Origin: Felis catus
Lineage: Eukaryota
Direction of reading: 5' to 3'
DNA: 64,000 nt
NCBI RefSeq assembly: GCF_018350175.1
Contig: NC_058381.1
Location: 38,626,001-38,690,000 of the forward strand
Positions 1-13,013 of the stretch are shown here, piece by piece. The stretch's first letter is position 1. Each line of letters opens with the position of its first letter. The translations under genes and the position numbers were made by a program. The notes beneath the pieces are model-generated. The model saw only the letters and a program-made list of their open reading frames with translations. It had not been told where the DNA came from and did no database searches.

Positions 1-2177
1 AGAAGGGCAAGGGCATTTTCTCCCCCGCCCCCCCCCCCAGGATAGAAAGAGGAAGGGATAGCATGTGGGCAGTGGGTTCAGCACCTGGAAGGACTTCCCA
101 CCTGTAGGGGTATGGAGGAAGGCCAAGCCCCTGCAGTAGAAATGGGAGGGGGGTGGCATCTTCTCAAGAGAGAACACGGGACCTCTCTCCTTCCTACTCT
201 GGGCTGGGGAGGGCTGAATGGACGTGAGGGACAAGAACCGTCCCTTGGATTCTTGGTTATGAGCATGGGGAAGAAGGCAGGGGTGAGGAGAATAGGGCCC
301 AAGTGCTTCTGGGCATCCTGCAATGGCTAGAAATGTGGTCCCACCACCACTGCCCCTTCAGGCTGCACCTTAGGAGGGTCTGAGTTGGGAGAGGCAGGGC
401 AGTCTGGGGGCTGTGCTGGGGACCTTTCAAAAGGGAGACTTGGGTTGGGGGGATGGTCCAGGGTCCCAGACATGAGGACAGATAGAGAAGAAGACAGCTG
501 AGAGGGCTGGGGGGGGGACCCTCAGGGAGCCCCGAGAGGCACAAGGGGAGGCGCATGCGCGGGAGGCTCCCGGGGCGCCGGCACAGGCACTGCACACCTA
601 TCGGCATTGCAGCTCAGGAGCTGAACTGTACTCCCCCGACTAGGGGAGAGGGTGGTTGCTCAAGCAGCCACCTCCTTCCTCTCCTCCCTTCCCCCTAACC
701 CTCAGAGGACCCTTCTGTACCTGGAGGGCACTGTGTTGCAGGCTTCAGCCCCTTTCTGGCCAAGGGAGCGCACCTGGCGGGGTGGGGGGGGGTGTTTGTA
801 GGGGGAGAAGCCAGGGACCTCCGGGGGAGGGTGGACAGCACTGAGTTTTGGCTTGAAGGGTACTCTCCAAGGCCAAGCTCTCACACTTGGCTCAAGGTGA
901 AGTGCTGCTGCGTCCCCAAGGCCAGGGCAGGGCGATTTATTGCATTTTTATTGTCTGAGTAGCTTGCCCAGAGCCAGCAGGAGGCACCGGGCTGGGAACT
1001 TGGGGCAGGGTGGGGTAGTGGGCACACACAATGCACCCTCTGTGCCAGTCCCGGGTTGGCAGGAGCGTGGTGCCCTGTTCACTGCACCGGAGGTTTCCAG
1101 CCTGGATCTACCCCTCTGGGCTTTCTAAGGGGAGGGGCTGCCTGCCACGGAGAAGGAGCTGGAGAACCCCAGCACCTAGCTTGTCAGCATCTTCTCTGTG
1201 AGCTGTGAGTTCAGTGACTCCAGTGCTCTAAACTCCCACCAGCTCCTGGTCTCCCTGCTGCCTCTGCCCCAGCCACACCTCACAGCCTCCCCTCAACCCC
1301 TGCCTCTGCCCCAGGATCCCCCAGCCCTGGCCCCTTTCTCCTAACACAGTCCTTTCCATCTTTTTGAAACGTCTCCTCAGCTGCCCACACTGTTCCTTTC
1401 CTAGGCCCTATCCCAGCAGGCCTTGGTGGTGTTGGGGGGGTGGGTGGTGTTTGCTGCTTTCTAGGTCACCACAGAGGGAGCTGGAAGCTTGGGGATGTGG
1501 GTCAAGATTGTGGGGGCTGCGTCTGAGCACTCCACATCCCCAGGCACAGGCTTCACTGGCTGTAGACTATTATATCCTCAGTCTCCAAACTGTTCCTACC
1601 CCAGGACCCGGGGCAGAGATGTGTGGAGTGGCATTTATGACGTGGGCAGTGCCAGGGAGTGGGGACCAAGACCGGAATTGGAGGGGGTGTGTGCAGGATT
1701 GGGATAAGCAATGGGCCCTAGGCAGTCTGGGCACTCTGAGAGAAACTAAAAGGGACAGATCCCCCAGGCCCTGGCCCATGGGTCCTATGCCTTCTGTCCA
1801 GGGCTATAACTGGTGGACACTGTCTCCAGTACTGGGTCCTTGGAGAAACAAGTTCCCTAGCCACGGAATGTTAAGCTGCTGCTGTACCTGCCTGGTCTTG
1901 TCTAGCTTGACACCCTATAGTTTGGGGGAGCTGCCCAGTGCCAGCCTTGGTGGGGGGGCTGCATCTTTGGACAGCTTAGGAGTCACACATGATCAAGGAT
2001 CTAACGCCTGCTGCTTTTGCCCTTGTCTGGCCCCCCAGCAAACTGATCTGGGACCTTTAGCTTTTGAACTATACCCCTGAGGGGGTCAGCCATGGGAAGG
2101 AGACTGGAGGCTGGGCCACATGCCTCTCCAGCTTCTTGGGCTGGCTGACCCTTGCCTTCCTGCCTCCCCCATGCCAG

Positions 2178-3936
2178 CTGTGCAGCGTATTGCCGAGTCG
2201 CATCTCCAGTCCATCAGCAACCTGAGCGAGAACCAGGCCTCAGAGGAGGAGGATGAGCTGGGGGAGCTGCGGGAGCTGGGCTACCCTAGAGAGGAAGACG
2301 AGGAAGACGAGGAGGAAGAGGAAGAGGAAGAGGAGGAGGAGGACAGCCAGGCCGAAGTTCTGAAGGGCAGGAGGGGGCCTGGTAAGCTGACGGGGCCAAG
2401 ATGCCTGGGTTCCCCGAGTACGGGTTAGGTGGGTTCCTCCCTGAGAGGCCTGGGCGTTTTTTTGACACACGTAAGCTGCGGTCATACAGTGAGGGCCTGC
2501 CCGTCCTCCCACCCATATGTGCCTTGCTGGGCTTACTGGGGCTGCTCTCATCCTGACCCTGTCCCTCTCCCAATCAGGTTGTCCCTGATAATTCCTTTCT
2601 TCCGCTTGAGGTTTCAGGCCAGACCCAAGAAAAGACTTCCTCGCCATGGCAGTGAGGGGGTACAAGGAAACGCAGGGATAGACAACTAAGAGGGCCCAAT
2701 GCCCCCTTTACCTGCATTTCTGAACGTAGGATGTGGTCTTCAGCTAGGAGGCTGAGAGCTGGTTTCTAAAGTCCTCCCCAGGACCCTGTGGCTGTGTCTC
2801 CCCTTTTTTTGTTTCCTGGGCTGGAGGTGAGAGGGTGCCCTCTAGTGTCTAAATGGAGAATCTAGGATTCAAGAACCAACCTGGTCCTCTGCACCTCCAA
2901 CCCCAACTGCCTGGGAAGAGACCTGCCAAGGAGGGGCCTAAGACCGACACAGAAGGCCTCAGAGCTAGAGACCCCAGATCTAGAAATCTCCACAAAAGGA
3001 CCCAAAGCCCAGAGAATTCCTAGGCAGAAAGATCTCTGTCACTCCCATGGCTGTTTTTTCCATGCTTAGCTATAGTAGATTGTGCCATATCTGTCTCTCC
3101 CAGTGCACATTAAACTTTCTGGTCCTTCATTTTATGGGGATGAAAAACAGTTGACCACCCCTGCTTGTAGCGTCCATCCCTCAGATCCAAACAAAATGGC
3201 TTGGACCTCTTCTCTGCATCTCTGGAGCAAAAGCTCCTGTTGGGAATTGAGTCCACTCTCACTGAGACCCTTAGGACAGGTAAAGAGGAGGTGAGAGGAG
3301 AATGTTTTCTCAGGAGAAGCAGTAGGGCAGAGGGGCAAATGACAAGACTACCAAGGACCAATATCAGTTGCCACCGCTCCTGGAGTGCTGGTGCTGGGCT
3401 GGTCAGGGTAGTAACTGTTGTCTTATTTAAGGCAATCTACATGATTTCCCTCTTACTATCCCCTTCAGAGAGGTAATAACTGACTCATCTAAGTCATATA
3501 ACTATTCACCGGTAGAGCTGTCTTGGGCCAGTGTTCTGTCTATTATACCAGGATGCCCCCAGAAAGCTTAGCCTTAGCTATTACAGAAACTCAGCTCATG
3601 CTCCAGGACCACTGAATGGATACCTAAGAGCCTGCGTTTTTATCCCTTCTACCCTATCCCCAGCTGGGGAGAAGATAACTTGTGGCCAGGGTCTGGAGGG
3701 ACCCTGGGAGCGCCCACCCCCTCTGGATGAGCCCCAGAGAGATGGAAGCTCCAAGGACCAAGTGGAAGATCTGGCACTAAATGGTGAGGCTTGGTGGTGG
3801 GGAATGGGGAGGTGGGGAGGTGGGGAGGTGGGTTGGGATTTCTCATGAGCGTGGCCAAGCCCTGAGTCCCTCTGCTTGCCTTGCAGAGTCTGGGGAGGAG
3901 CCACAGCGCCCTGCCCACCCTGAGCCTGGCACATAG
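2178..3936 (+). CDS. PPP1R1B: DARPP-32 (protein phosphatase 1 regulatory inhibitor subunit 1B), last three coding exons; 5' exons lie upstream of the window
   Basis: Exons 2178-2381 ([47 protein letters not shown]...DSQAEVLK), 3664-3783 ([22 protein letters not shown]...) and 3887-3936 ([19 protein letters not shown]). All AG/GT flanked with phase-1 junctions; peptide recognisable as the DARPP-32 C-terminal half. Confidence 0.97.
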
Positions 3937-4695
3937 GCATCCGGCCTTGCATCTCTCAGAAGGAAGTGGAGGGGGCATTGCTGTTCCCCAGAAACCCACT
4001 CTGTCCCCACCCTATTTTGTACCCTTCCCCCTCACTCGCTAGGGCTGTGGCTTCTGACTTCTAGAAGACTTAAGGCTGGTCTGTGTTTGCTTGTTTGCCC
4101 ACCTTTGGCTGATGCCCAGAGTTCCTGGGTACTTGCTGCCTGATGCCTACCCCTGCCAGTCATTCCCCCATTTACCCAGAGGGAGGCGGGATGTGAGAGA
4201 CTTTGCATCAGATAATCCAGTAAGGGTGTGTGTGTGGGGGGGCAAAGGTTTATCCTTCACAATTCCACTCCCCAGACCCTCTCCCCTGGGCACAGGAAAC
4301 CCACAGGGCAGGACCCTAAGATCTGGGGAAAGAGGGTACTGAGAAATTGTAGGTACCCTTAGATCCTTCTCCATCCCCTCTCCTATGGGGGATTTCAAGT
4401 TACCACCCCTCTCTCTGGCTTCTCCCAGGGCCCAGGATTCAGGCATCCTTCTCCTCAGCTTCAACATTTTGGAAATCTTCCCCTTATCACTCCTGCTCCC
4501 CAGCCTGGGTGCCTGGAAGATGGACTAGCAGAGGCTGCTTTGTTGCGTTTTGTTTATGCTTTGATGCCAGGAATGCCGCCTAGTATACGTCCTTAGGGGG
4601 GCACACGGTGGGGAAGCCAGGTTCTCCTTGTCCTCCAGCTGCTCTGCCCCCTTCCCCTCTTCCCTGACTCCAGGCCTGAACCACTCCTGTGCCGT

Positions 4696-4701
4696 AATAA
4701 A
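4696..4701 (+). terminator. PPP1R1B: PPP1R1B polyadenylation signal AATAAA
   Basis: AATAAA about 760 nt after the stop codon and just before the next CpG island. Confidence 0.8.
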
Positions 4702-5089
4702 TCTTTGTAAATAACTGTGCTGAGACTCCTCTTTCAGGGGAAAGGAGAGGGAGGAGGGGATAACGGGTTCCCGTATGTGGAAGACCTGGTTGGTGGCCAT
4801 CTCGATCCTAGTGTCCAGTCCTCTAGTCTGGAAGTCTTTCCTGCAGACAAGCTAGGAGCATTCTTACGAAGGACCACAGAAGTACTAGATCCTGCTAGGG
4901 ATCGCTGAAAAGAGGCAGGGAGAGAAAGAACTTTCAAGAGTAAGTGGGTTCCTCCAAAGGACCTGTCCCCTAGCCCCAAAGACCTCCCCTCAGGAAGTTC
5001 CCCTTTTTTCCCCACAGTACCAGGCCTCTGGGGCCCAACAATGATGATGCCCCTGGGCTTCTTTCCCATTTCCCCAACCTTTAAGACCT

Positions 5090-5620
5090 CTTAAGCAGTC
5101 CCCGCTTCCGGCTCTCGGGACGGGGCCCCAGGGCTTGGGGGCGGAGACTGAGGCGAAGGGGCGGGGCTGCACGTCTACGCACGTCCCTGTTCGCTCTGTG
5201 GGGCGGGCTCAGCGGCGGAAGCGGCGCCGCCGCCGGGAGATCCTGTTCCGCTCGGAGGCCCGGCCCGGGCTGCGGGGTTGGCTGCGGCTGGGGCTGGAGG
5301 AGCACGGTCGGTGGCTGACATGGAGCAGGTGGGTCCGGGGGAGGTCAGTGGGGTCGGGTGGTACGAGGGCTGTGTCTTGCCAGCGGATTCCACCTCTCTG
5401 CCTAGTGTCCGTTGTTGGTTCCGTCCGACCCTTCCCACACCCTCGGCGTCCCAGGTTCCGCCCCCTTCCTCTGCTCGGCCTCGCTCCGCCCCACGCGGGG
5501 TTCCGGGGGCTCCGACGCCGACCCTCCTCGGCCCCGCCCACCCGAGAGCGCCCGGGGAGGGCGTCCGCGATTGTCCTCCCGAGCCTCGCTCTCCACTGTG
5601 AAGGGAGGGGCGAGGGACGA
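5090..5620 (+). promoter_or_regulatory. STARD3: CpG-island promoter and non-coding exon 1 of STARD3 (exon ends at 5328)
   Basis: Dense CpG, GC boxes (GGGCGG), ETS-like CTTCCGG/CGGAAG motifs; donor CAG|GTGGGT at 5328/5329. Confidence 0.85.
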
Positions 5621-5949
5621 AATCTGGGTTTTAGGGGGCAGGAGTTGGATGTGGGCAGGGGTCAGGGTCTTTGAAAGAGGAAGAAAATATACATTCCAGC
5701 AGGTATGCGTCTCGCTGTCATCCGGTCTACCCCGACTTCCTTTGAAAACGGCAGTGTATGACTTCCTAACTGACATCAAAAGGGCCCTTTTGATGAGTTC
5801 TTAGAGGTGCATAACACCAGTGACACTCGTTCCTAATTGATATAATTGACACCCCGCCCCCTTTGGCGTCCTCCGCGTCAGCATCTCCTTATTTTCTTCC
5901 TACTGTTCTGACAGTAGAAGTACCGTTTCACATTCTCTTCTCCTGCCCA

Positions 5950-6790
5950 GCCCCCACTATACACTGAATTTTGATGGTCTCATCCACTCTCATGGCTTCA
6001 GCTTTACACCACCTAAAGGCCCAACAGGCGCTCAGATCGACTTCTTTCTTCAGCGCAGCCCCTCCTTGGCGCCCCAGACTTGGCCATCCAGCTACCAGTT
6101 GGACAGCTCCACTTCGGCTGGAGCTCACTTCAACTGGTCTCCTTCCCAGCAAGCGCGTTCTTCCTCTGCCATCCCATCCCAGCGAGAAACGGAAAATTAT
6201 CTTACAGTTCCTCTTCTCCCTCAATTCCCACATCAGTGGGGTGACCCAGTCCGGCCAACTTCCTGAACATGCTTCAAACCTGATCCTGGGCCTCCATCTC
6301 TTCTGTGACCACCTTGATGTGTTTGTCACCAGGATAACCGCAGTGGCTTGCTAGCAACCTCCAGTCGTGGCTGCCTGCAACCCAGACTCCAAACTAACTC
6401 TTGTGATCCTTTTAAAACACAAGTCTCATAGTGTTACTTCCTTGCTTAAAACCCTTTGTTGGCTTCTCGTTGCTGTGGGGAAAAGGCTGATTCCCTAGCA
6501 CTATTTACAGAGCTCTCTGGGTTCTGACCTCTTTCCTGCCAGTCTCCTATGTGCACCCTAAAGTCCAATAACATGCAGCTGCCTGCCCACGCCTTGCAAT
6601 TTTGTGTCTCCTTGCCTTTGCACACCAGCCCCTCTGTCTGGGAAGCCCCTTCTCTTCTCTGCCAGGCTACCTTCTACTTGTCCTTCTCAGTGCTCAGCTC
6701 AGACACTACCACCTCTGGGTAGACTTCCTTCCATCTACCCTGTCCAAGGCTTAACACCAACCCCCTGTGTCCCTACAACACCCTGTCCGT
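5950..6790 (+). mobile_element. Degraded L2 LINE fragment
   Basis: Recalled L2 3' motifs (cttaaaaccctt..ggcttctc; cctttgcaca..ccctctgtctgg; ctcagctcagacac..acctct). Boundaries approximate. Confidence 0.55.
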
Positions 6791-7010
6791 AGTAGAACAG
6801 TGGTTGAGCAAACAGACTCTCGAATCAGACTTTGTGGGTTCTGACACTATTTTAATGACTTAGATGAAGAAAGCGCCCCAGTTTCCTAATTTGTAAAATG
6901 GAGATAGCAGTATGCCTACCTCATAGAGTTACCGTGAGGATTAAATGAAATTATGTGTAGAGCTTAAAATAGCATGTGAATGCTCAATAAATAAACCTTA
7001 ACCGTTACTG
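6790..7010 (+). mobile_element. MIR SINE
   Basis: MIR core cagtttcct..tgtaaaatggagatag..cctacctcatag..gtgaggattaaatga. Confidence 0.75.
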
Positions 7011-9206
7011 CTTATATAAGAACATTCTAGAGCAGTGGTTATCATTTTTAATTTCTTAAATTGCTTGAGAACAGTTGATGTGGCTTACTTCTCATTCTGT
7101 TCCAGAACTCCAAAGCCTGGCTTTTTGTCAATAAATAAAATGCTGGGGTGGAGGGTATTGGGGGCAGGATCTGGATTTATTGAGTGAGGATTCAAGAATG
7201 GAAAAAACCCAGACCTGATGTTAGTCTGCTCAGGAAATGACTCGGGAAGTGAATGACTGTTACATGGCAAGCATTAATTCTAGAGAAATGTACACAGAGC
7301 TCTGGGAACCCATGGGGAGGAGGGCCAAGAATGGCTTCCCAGAGGAGCAGACAATTAGTGAGGGACCTTAGAGCAAGAGGATGAAATTACCAAAGGGAAG
7401 TAGAGACCAGGGTGGACTCAGAGAATGGGCACCTGGCTCCCTTTCAGGGGGAGGGCTAAGGTGGGCAAGAGGGCAGAGGCAGCCTCCTCTGCTGAGGTTG
7501 GGGATTCCTTTTCTTGCTTGACCACGAAGAAGTGTCTTCTGGATTTAGGAGCCTGTGGGGACCACGCCCAGGAGAGGTGTGAAGGCCTGGTGCCTGGTGT
7601 TTGGGGCAGGCCCCCTGGGGTAGTCAGCTTGAAAGCCTGTGGGCTGGGCCTATGCTGTAGACCTGAGTCTGGGCCTTTGCCTACCTGGAATGCTCATCTT
7701 CCTTTCCTGTGGTTGGTAGATGCGGATTCTTCAAGGCCTGGGTCAGATGGCTCCTCTCTTTGTGGCTTTCCCAACCTCACCCACTCCAACCTGGGTCAGA
7801 TGCTTCTCTGAGAGCCCACAGTCCATTGTTTGTTCCTCACTGAAAGTGCTGATTACAGTATGGCACCGTGTTTGATTTATGTTAGCCTCTCTCACCAGAC
7901 CCAGAACCCCTAAACATCTCCAGGGACTAGCACAGTATCTGGCATGTTATAGGTTCTCAGTTCATATGCTGCATTAGACTGAGCTCTTGCACACCAAACT
8001 GGGGAGGAGGTGTGGGTGAGACCAAAAGTCCTGTGTATTTGGCAGCTCATACTTGTTCCATTGAGTGGTAGAGACTGTTGGCTCCATTTAACAGATGAGG
8101 AAGCTGAGACTCAGGGGAAGTCACTCAGCAGGAACTTCAAGAACTGTCTCTTGACTCCAGGTCTACAGCTGTCTCTGAGAAGCTGCCTCCAGGTCCCAGC
8201 CCCCAAAGGGGCAGCTGCCGTGTCTATAGGACAGGGGACAAGCAAGGCATCCCATCTGACCAGTTGTGTATCCCTGTGAACCTTTTCTGGAGAGGGAAAG
8301 ACTGACCCTGGCTTTTGTCTGGTCAGAGCTGGTGCTGGGAGGGGTCTGTGCTGAACTCCTTTCTGCCTGTGGGACCTTCCCTTGAGTGGACTGATAGGAC
8401 TGAGATCTCTCCCGGAAGATGACTGGCCCTTTCCAGGCTGACCTTGAGAACTTGACCTCATTAGCTCCCAAGTTTTATCCAGTAGCACTAAGGGTGTGGT
8501 GGGGCCTGACTCACCAGCCCCTGAGTAGGCCAGGGCATCCCCGACATTCAACAGGGCCTGGCATGTGGACGGGGCAGGACAGCTGAGTAGATCTTAGCCT
8601 GCTAAGGTTTTCCAGTAAAGTGTACCATCAGAATGTCCGGGCTGGAGGGGGCACTGTGAAGTGATGAATGTAGTTTCTGTTTTGGCTCGACTCTTCCCCT
8701 TTCCACTTCCCCAGAAGGAAAGGAGAAATGGAGCCTGGTTTGTGTCCTCCTCTCCTTAAACTCTTCCTTCTCTAGAAAACTTCGCAAACTCTCTAGTGGC
8801 GGGACAGAGTGGGGGCCAATAAGCCAACTGTGCCAGGGCTGATGGCACAGGCCACTGAGCCCTGAAGTACAGTAGAGCCTAATATGTGCCATCCTGGGTC
8901 AGCTCTCTGCGGCCAGGCTCATCCTTCCATCCAGCAGCACAGATGGGACGCTCAGTCTGGGCAGAGTGCCGTGTGTACATGCCTGGCCCAGGACCCTGCC
9001 TCTAACACTGTCTCATGGCTCCTAGTAGTAGTAATAGCTGCTGTTACTTAAGCATAGACACTTTGCGTGTGTTATTTCTAATCCTTTCAGTACCTCTGTG
9101 AAGTGGTCTCTATACTATCCCCGTTTTATAGATGAGGAAACTGAGGTTTAGAGAGACTGAGTGATTTACTCAGGGGCTCACAGCCTAATGAAGAATGGCT
9201 TTGGGC

Positions 9207-9521
9207 TTTTTTTTTTTTTTTTTTTTTTTTTTCTTGAGAGCATGAGCAAGCGGGGGAGAGGCACAGAGGAGGTGAGAGAGAATCTTTTTTTTTTTTATTT
9301 TTTAAAATTTAATATTTATTTTTGAGACAGAGAGAGACAGAGCATGAGTGGGGGAGGGGCAGAGAAAGAGGGAGAGGCAGAATCCGAAGCAGGCTCTAGG
9401 CTCCCAGCTGTCAGCACAGAGCCCAATGCGGGGCTCGAACCTGTCAACCGTAAGATCTTGAGCCGAAGCCAGACGCTCAACTGACTGAGCCACTCAGGCT
9501 CCCCGAGAGAGAGAAAGAGAG

Positions 9522-9570
<49 letters not shown>

Positions 9571-9693
9571 CTTAAGCAGGCTCCATGCACAGCACAGAGC
9601 CCGAGGCAGGACTTGATCTAATGACCCTGGGATCATGACCTGAGCTGAAATCAAGGGTCAGACGCTCAACTGACTGAGCCACTCAGGTGCCCC
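9207..9693 (-). mobile_element. Nested carnivore tRNA-derived SINEs (inner SINEC 9285-9504 inside an outer SINEC), inserted into a MIR
   Basis: Two poly-T tails and two heads (..actgagccactcagg(c/t)..cccc); outer TSD aagaatggc(t/c)ttgggctttt at 9191-9210 and 9694-9713. Confidence 0.9.
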
Positions 9694-10389
9694 AAGAATG
9701 GCCTTGGGCTTTTGACTCCAGGTCTGATGCTCAGTCCCCAGACTCATGCCCTTTCACCTGTTCCAGGGTGGGCATTACAGACCCACAGATCAGTTAACTT
9801 CTTAGACATGTACCATGGCAAAACACTGTGACCCAGGCCTAAAGCATTCAAGAAAAATGACTTTGAGGCTCAAGTCTAGCTGTTTGATAAGGAAAGTACT
9901 GAGCCAGAGTCCTGAGAGCTGGGGTTGGGGAAGCCTGGAGGGTGAGGGAGAGCTGGGGTGGGAAAGCCCAGGGGTGAGGTCATTCCAGAATGAGAAAACA
10001 CAGAAGGGAGACCTGCCGGCCATGGTGTGTCCTGGGAGCAGCCAGTGGTCAGGAAAGTGTCAGGGGAAGGGGACAGGGATCAACCCCCATAGCAAGAGAG
10101 GAGGACTGGAGTCTTTCTAAGGGAGCACATCCTTTCTTCTTGACCTTTACTATCCAAGGAACTTAGCTCACCTCCAGCCTTTTCCCTGAAAGTTGGTGTC
10201 CAGGGTGCCAGTTCCCCTTGCCTGCTGGTGGAGAGGGTGCCTGGACTCTTAAGTGGGGTGAGACACCAGCAGAGGGTGGAGTCCAGCTCCAGGAGAAACA
10301 GTCTGGACCAGAAGGGGCTGCTTCTTCAGGGCTGGGTGTGACTGTGTACCTGTGCACCTGTGCTCACACCCCTGTAGGGAAAGGTGTAA

Positions 10390-11040
10390 ATAGCTGTTCA
10401 GCACGTTTCCTGAATATCTTCTGTGAGCCTGGTGCCATTCTGGGTGCTGGGCACACAGCATTGAGCAAAGTATGGAGAGTTTCTGCCCTTGTGCAGTTTG
10501 TATTCTGGTGGGAGGAGATCAGGCAGTGAACCCAGACCAGTAAACCTAGAACATGTCTAGGGTGATAAGCGCTGTGAAGAAGAGTAAATTAGGGTAAGAG
10601 GATGAAGGGTGGGGGCTATAGGGGAGGAGCTTCAGACAGGACAGCAGGTGCAAGGATTCTGGGGTGTGAGCATGCTTGAGGTATCCAAGGAACAGAGAGG
10701 GGCCAGTGTGGCTGGACCAGAGGGTTCAGGGGAATAGACCAGGGGAAGAGGGAACTTGTAGGCCAGGATGGAGACTTTGCCTTTACTCAGGGTGAACTGG
10801 AAGCCATCGAAGGTTTGGGGCATTGGGGAGGTCTGGTCTGACTTTTACCACGATCCCTCTGGCTGCTGTGTTGAGAACAGACCTGGGATGAGGACAAGGA
10901 AGTGGTCAAGAAGCTGTGGCAGTTGAGGGGTGATGGTTAGGACAGGGTGACAGTAGTGGTAGTGGTGAACAGTGGGCAGATACTGGATGGATTTTGAAGG
11001 AAGAGCCAATAGGATTTGCTGATGGTTTGGATGTGGAGGG
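10390..11040 (-). mobile_element. Degraded L2 LINE fragment
   Basis: Antisense L2 motifs (gaggggccagtgtggctgg; ctctggctgctgtgttgagaa; ggattttgaagg..aggatttgctgatgg). Confidence 0.6.
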
Positions 11041-11584
11041 GAGGGTGCCGGGTTCTCCACAAGCCCTCACTGGTTGGCCATAAAGTTCTTCGGGGTCTTT
11101 TGACACCTGGCTTCCCGGCCAGCAGAGACCCCGGGGTCAGCTCTACCCCATCCTGGCTGGGGGACTGTGGGCAGGCCTCTGCAACCTTCTGCCTCCTCCA
11201 ACTCCTCATCTTTACAGCTCCTGGTGGGGAGTGTGACGAGTAAAGGAGGGGTGGCTGCAGGGTGCCATCACAGGCCAGTGCTAGGCCAGATTTATTTCTT
11301 ATGTGCTGGCTCATCAGAATGGTCTGCAGTCCTGTTTGATCTGCTATCCTGGCCTCCCTGAACCAGCTCCCTCCCAGGCTGGCCAGTGGCAGGACACAGG
11401 CTAGGGCAACTCTCTTCCACACCCAGAGCCTTGGCCTCCTGCTTGTCTATGGATTCTCCACTAACCTGGGCATTACATGGGGAACTTGACCCAGAACAGC
11501 CCCAGTTCCAGCTTAAAGCCATCTCAGGGAGGCTGTCAAGAGCTCAAGACTGTGTCTTCCTCTAAAGAAGAGGCAGGGATGTCA

Positions 11585-11790
11585 TACTAGTTAATCCTTA
11601 TGCAGTGATCTTTCTGTGTCAGGCACTGTCCTAGGCCATTGCATTGAAGAAGTCATGTAATCCTTGTAATACCTGTAAGAAGTAGGTGCTGTTGTTATCC
11701 CGACTTCACACAGGAGAAAACTAAGGCACAGAGAAGTCCGGGGATAGTAAAGCAGGAGTCCAGGGTTTGAAACTTCTCTAAGCTTGGAGT
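11585..11790 (-). mobile_element. MIR SINE
   Basis: tgtgtcaggcactgtcctagg..gagaaaactaaggcacagaga. Confidence 0.6.
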
Positions 11791-12918
11791 CCAGTCCTTT
11801 CTCAGCCTTACTGATTCCTCCTGATTTGTATGGAGAAAGGGACTCCACTGGGAAGCCTCCGTGGCCAGTGGGGGCTAGTGCTCATATTTCCTGAGGAATA
11901 TGGGGTGAGGGAGGTGTTGAGAGCCTGTGTCCACTGTCCCATCGGCCTCAAGAGAAGGTTTGGAGAAGCCACACTGCCCAGAAATGTGGGTCATTTCTGG
12001 ATAGAGATGAGACTTGGTCTTCCTTCCCCGGGGCCACAGAGCATAGCTTTGTGGAATAAGCTCTCACTGGGCCTGGTACAGCTTGGCCAGGCCACTGTTG
12101 GAGGTCAGGGCTTGGGAAAGGGCAAGGAAACTCAGATGGCAGTGGTGGCAGTGGCTAACGTCTAATGAGCATTTACTCTGTGGAGCCAGACACCGTTCTG
12201 GGCACTTCGTGTGCATCACTGTGTCCTTTGATGCCCCCGATAGCCCAGGGTCAAGACCATTGTCCCCAGTTTCCAGATGTAGCCTCTGAGGCTTGTACAG
12301 TGAATAAGTGGCATTGCTCAAATTGAAGACTTGCCTTGGCCAGGAAACGCCAGCCAGGAACTGCAGGCAGTCCGGGTTTCGAGCTGCAGAGAGGTGGCTG
12401 GAGCTTGTAGTCTGGGCTGTGACTGAGCTGGCAAGGACCTCATCTGTGCCTCTGTCCCCTAAGAACTATGGAAATGGGGATCTGGGGGTGACTGAAGGGA
12501 CGGAGCTTGGAACTGCAGGGGGGACTGGGCACCACTGGCACTTCCTCAGCCTGTGCAGGGAGCAGGGACAGCCCCCCCGCTTCCTGCCCCCGCCCCCAGC
12601 CTGGGAGTTCACCTTTGCCTGGAGCTGGAATGACTTGGCCCATTCTATGCACAGGTAGGGGACCCAGACTTTAGGCTTAAGAAAGCTTGCTTTGGGTCTC
12701 CTGTGAGAGGACTTGTAGAGCTCACATTTGAACCCAGGCCTTTTGGGTGATTTCATTACATGTCGCTGTAGTGTATAAGCACCCTCCCCCCCCCCCCCCC
12801 ACTTTTCCTCTTACCTGAATGACCTTGCCAGCTACTTGTTCCGTCTCAGCCACCACTGACCAAGCACGTACCATACTTCTGACGTGCCAGCCCTAGGACT
12901 AGGTAGTAATTATCGTTG

Positions 12919-13013
12919 CTTTTTTTTATGGTGGTAAAATATACATAACATAAAATCTACCATTTGAATCATTTTAGGATATAGTTCTAAGGCATTAAAT
13001 ATATTAACATTGC
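12919..13013 (-). mobile_element. Old L1 (L1M-type) 3' end fragment
   Basis: AT-rich ttttatggtggtaaaatatacataacataaaat..ggcattaaatatattaacattg, typical of L1MB tails. Confidence 0.6.

Noticed and set aside
77-840. REST/RE1 half-sites (TTCAGCACC at ~77, GGACAGCAC at ~832)
   Set aside because: The halves are about 750 nt apart; no canonical composite RE1.
1364-2080. 238-aa ORF in a PPP1R1B intron
   Set aside because: Non-ATG start, no recognisable domain, composition typical of a chance GC-rich intronic frame.
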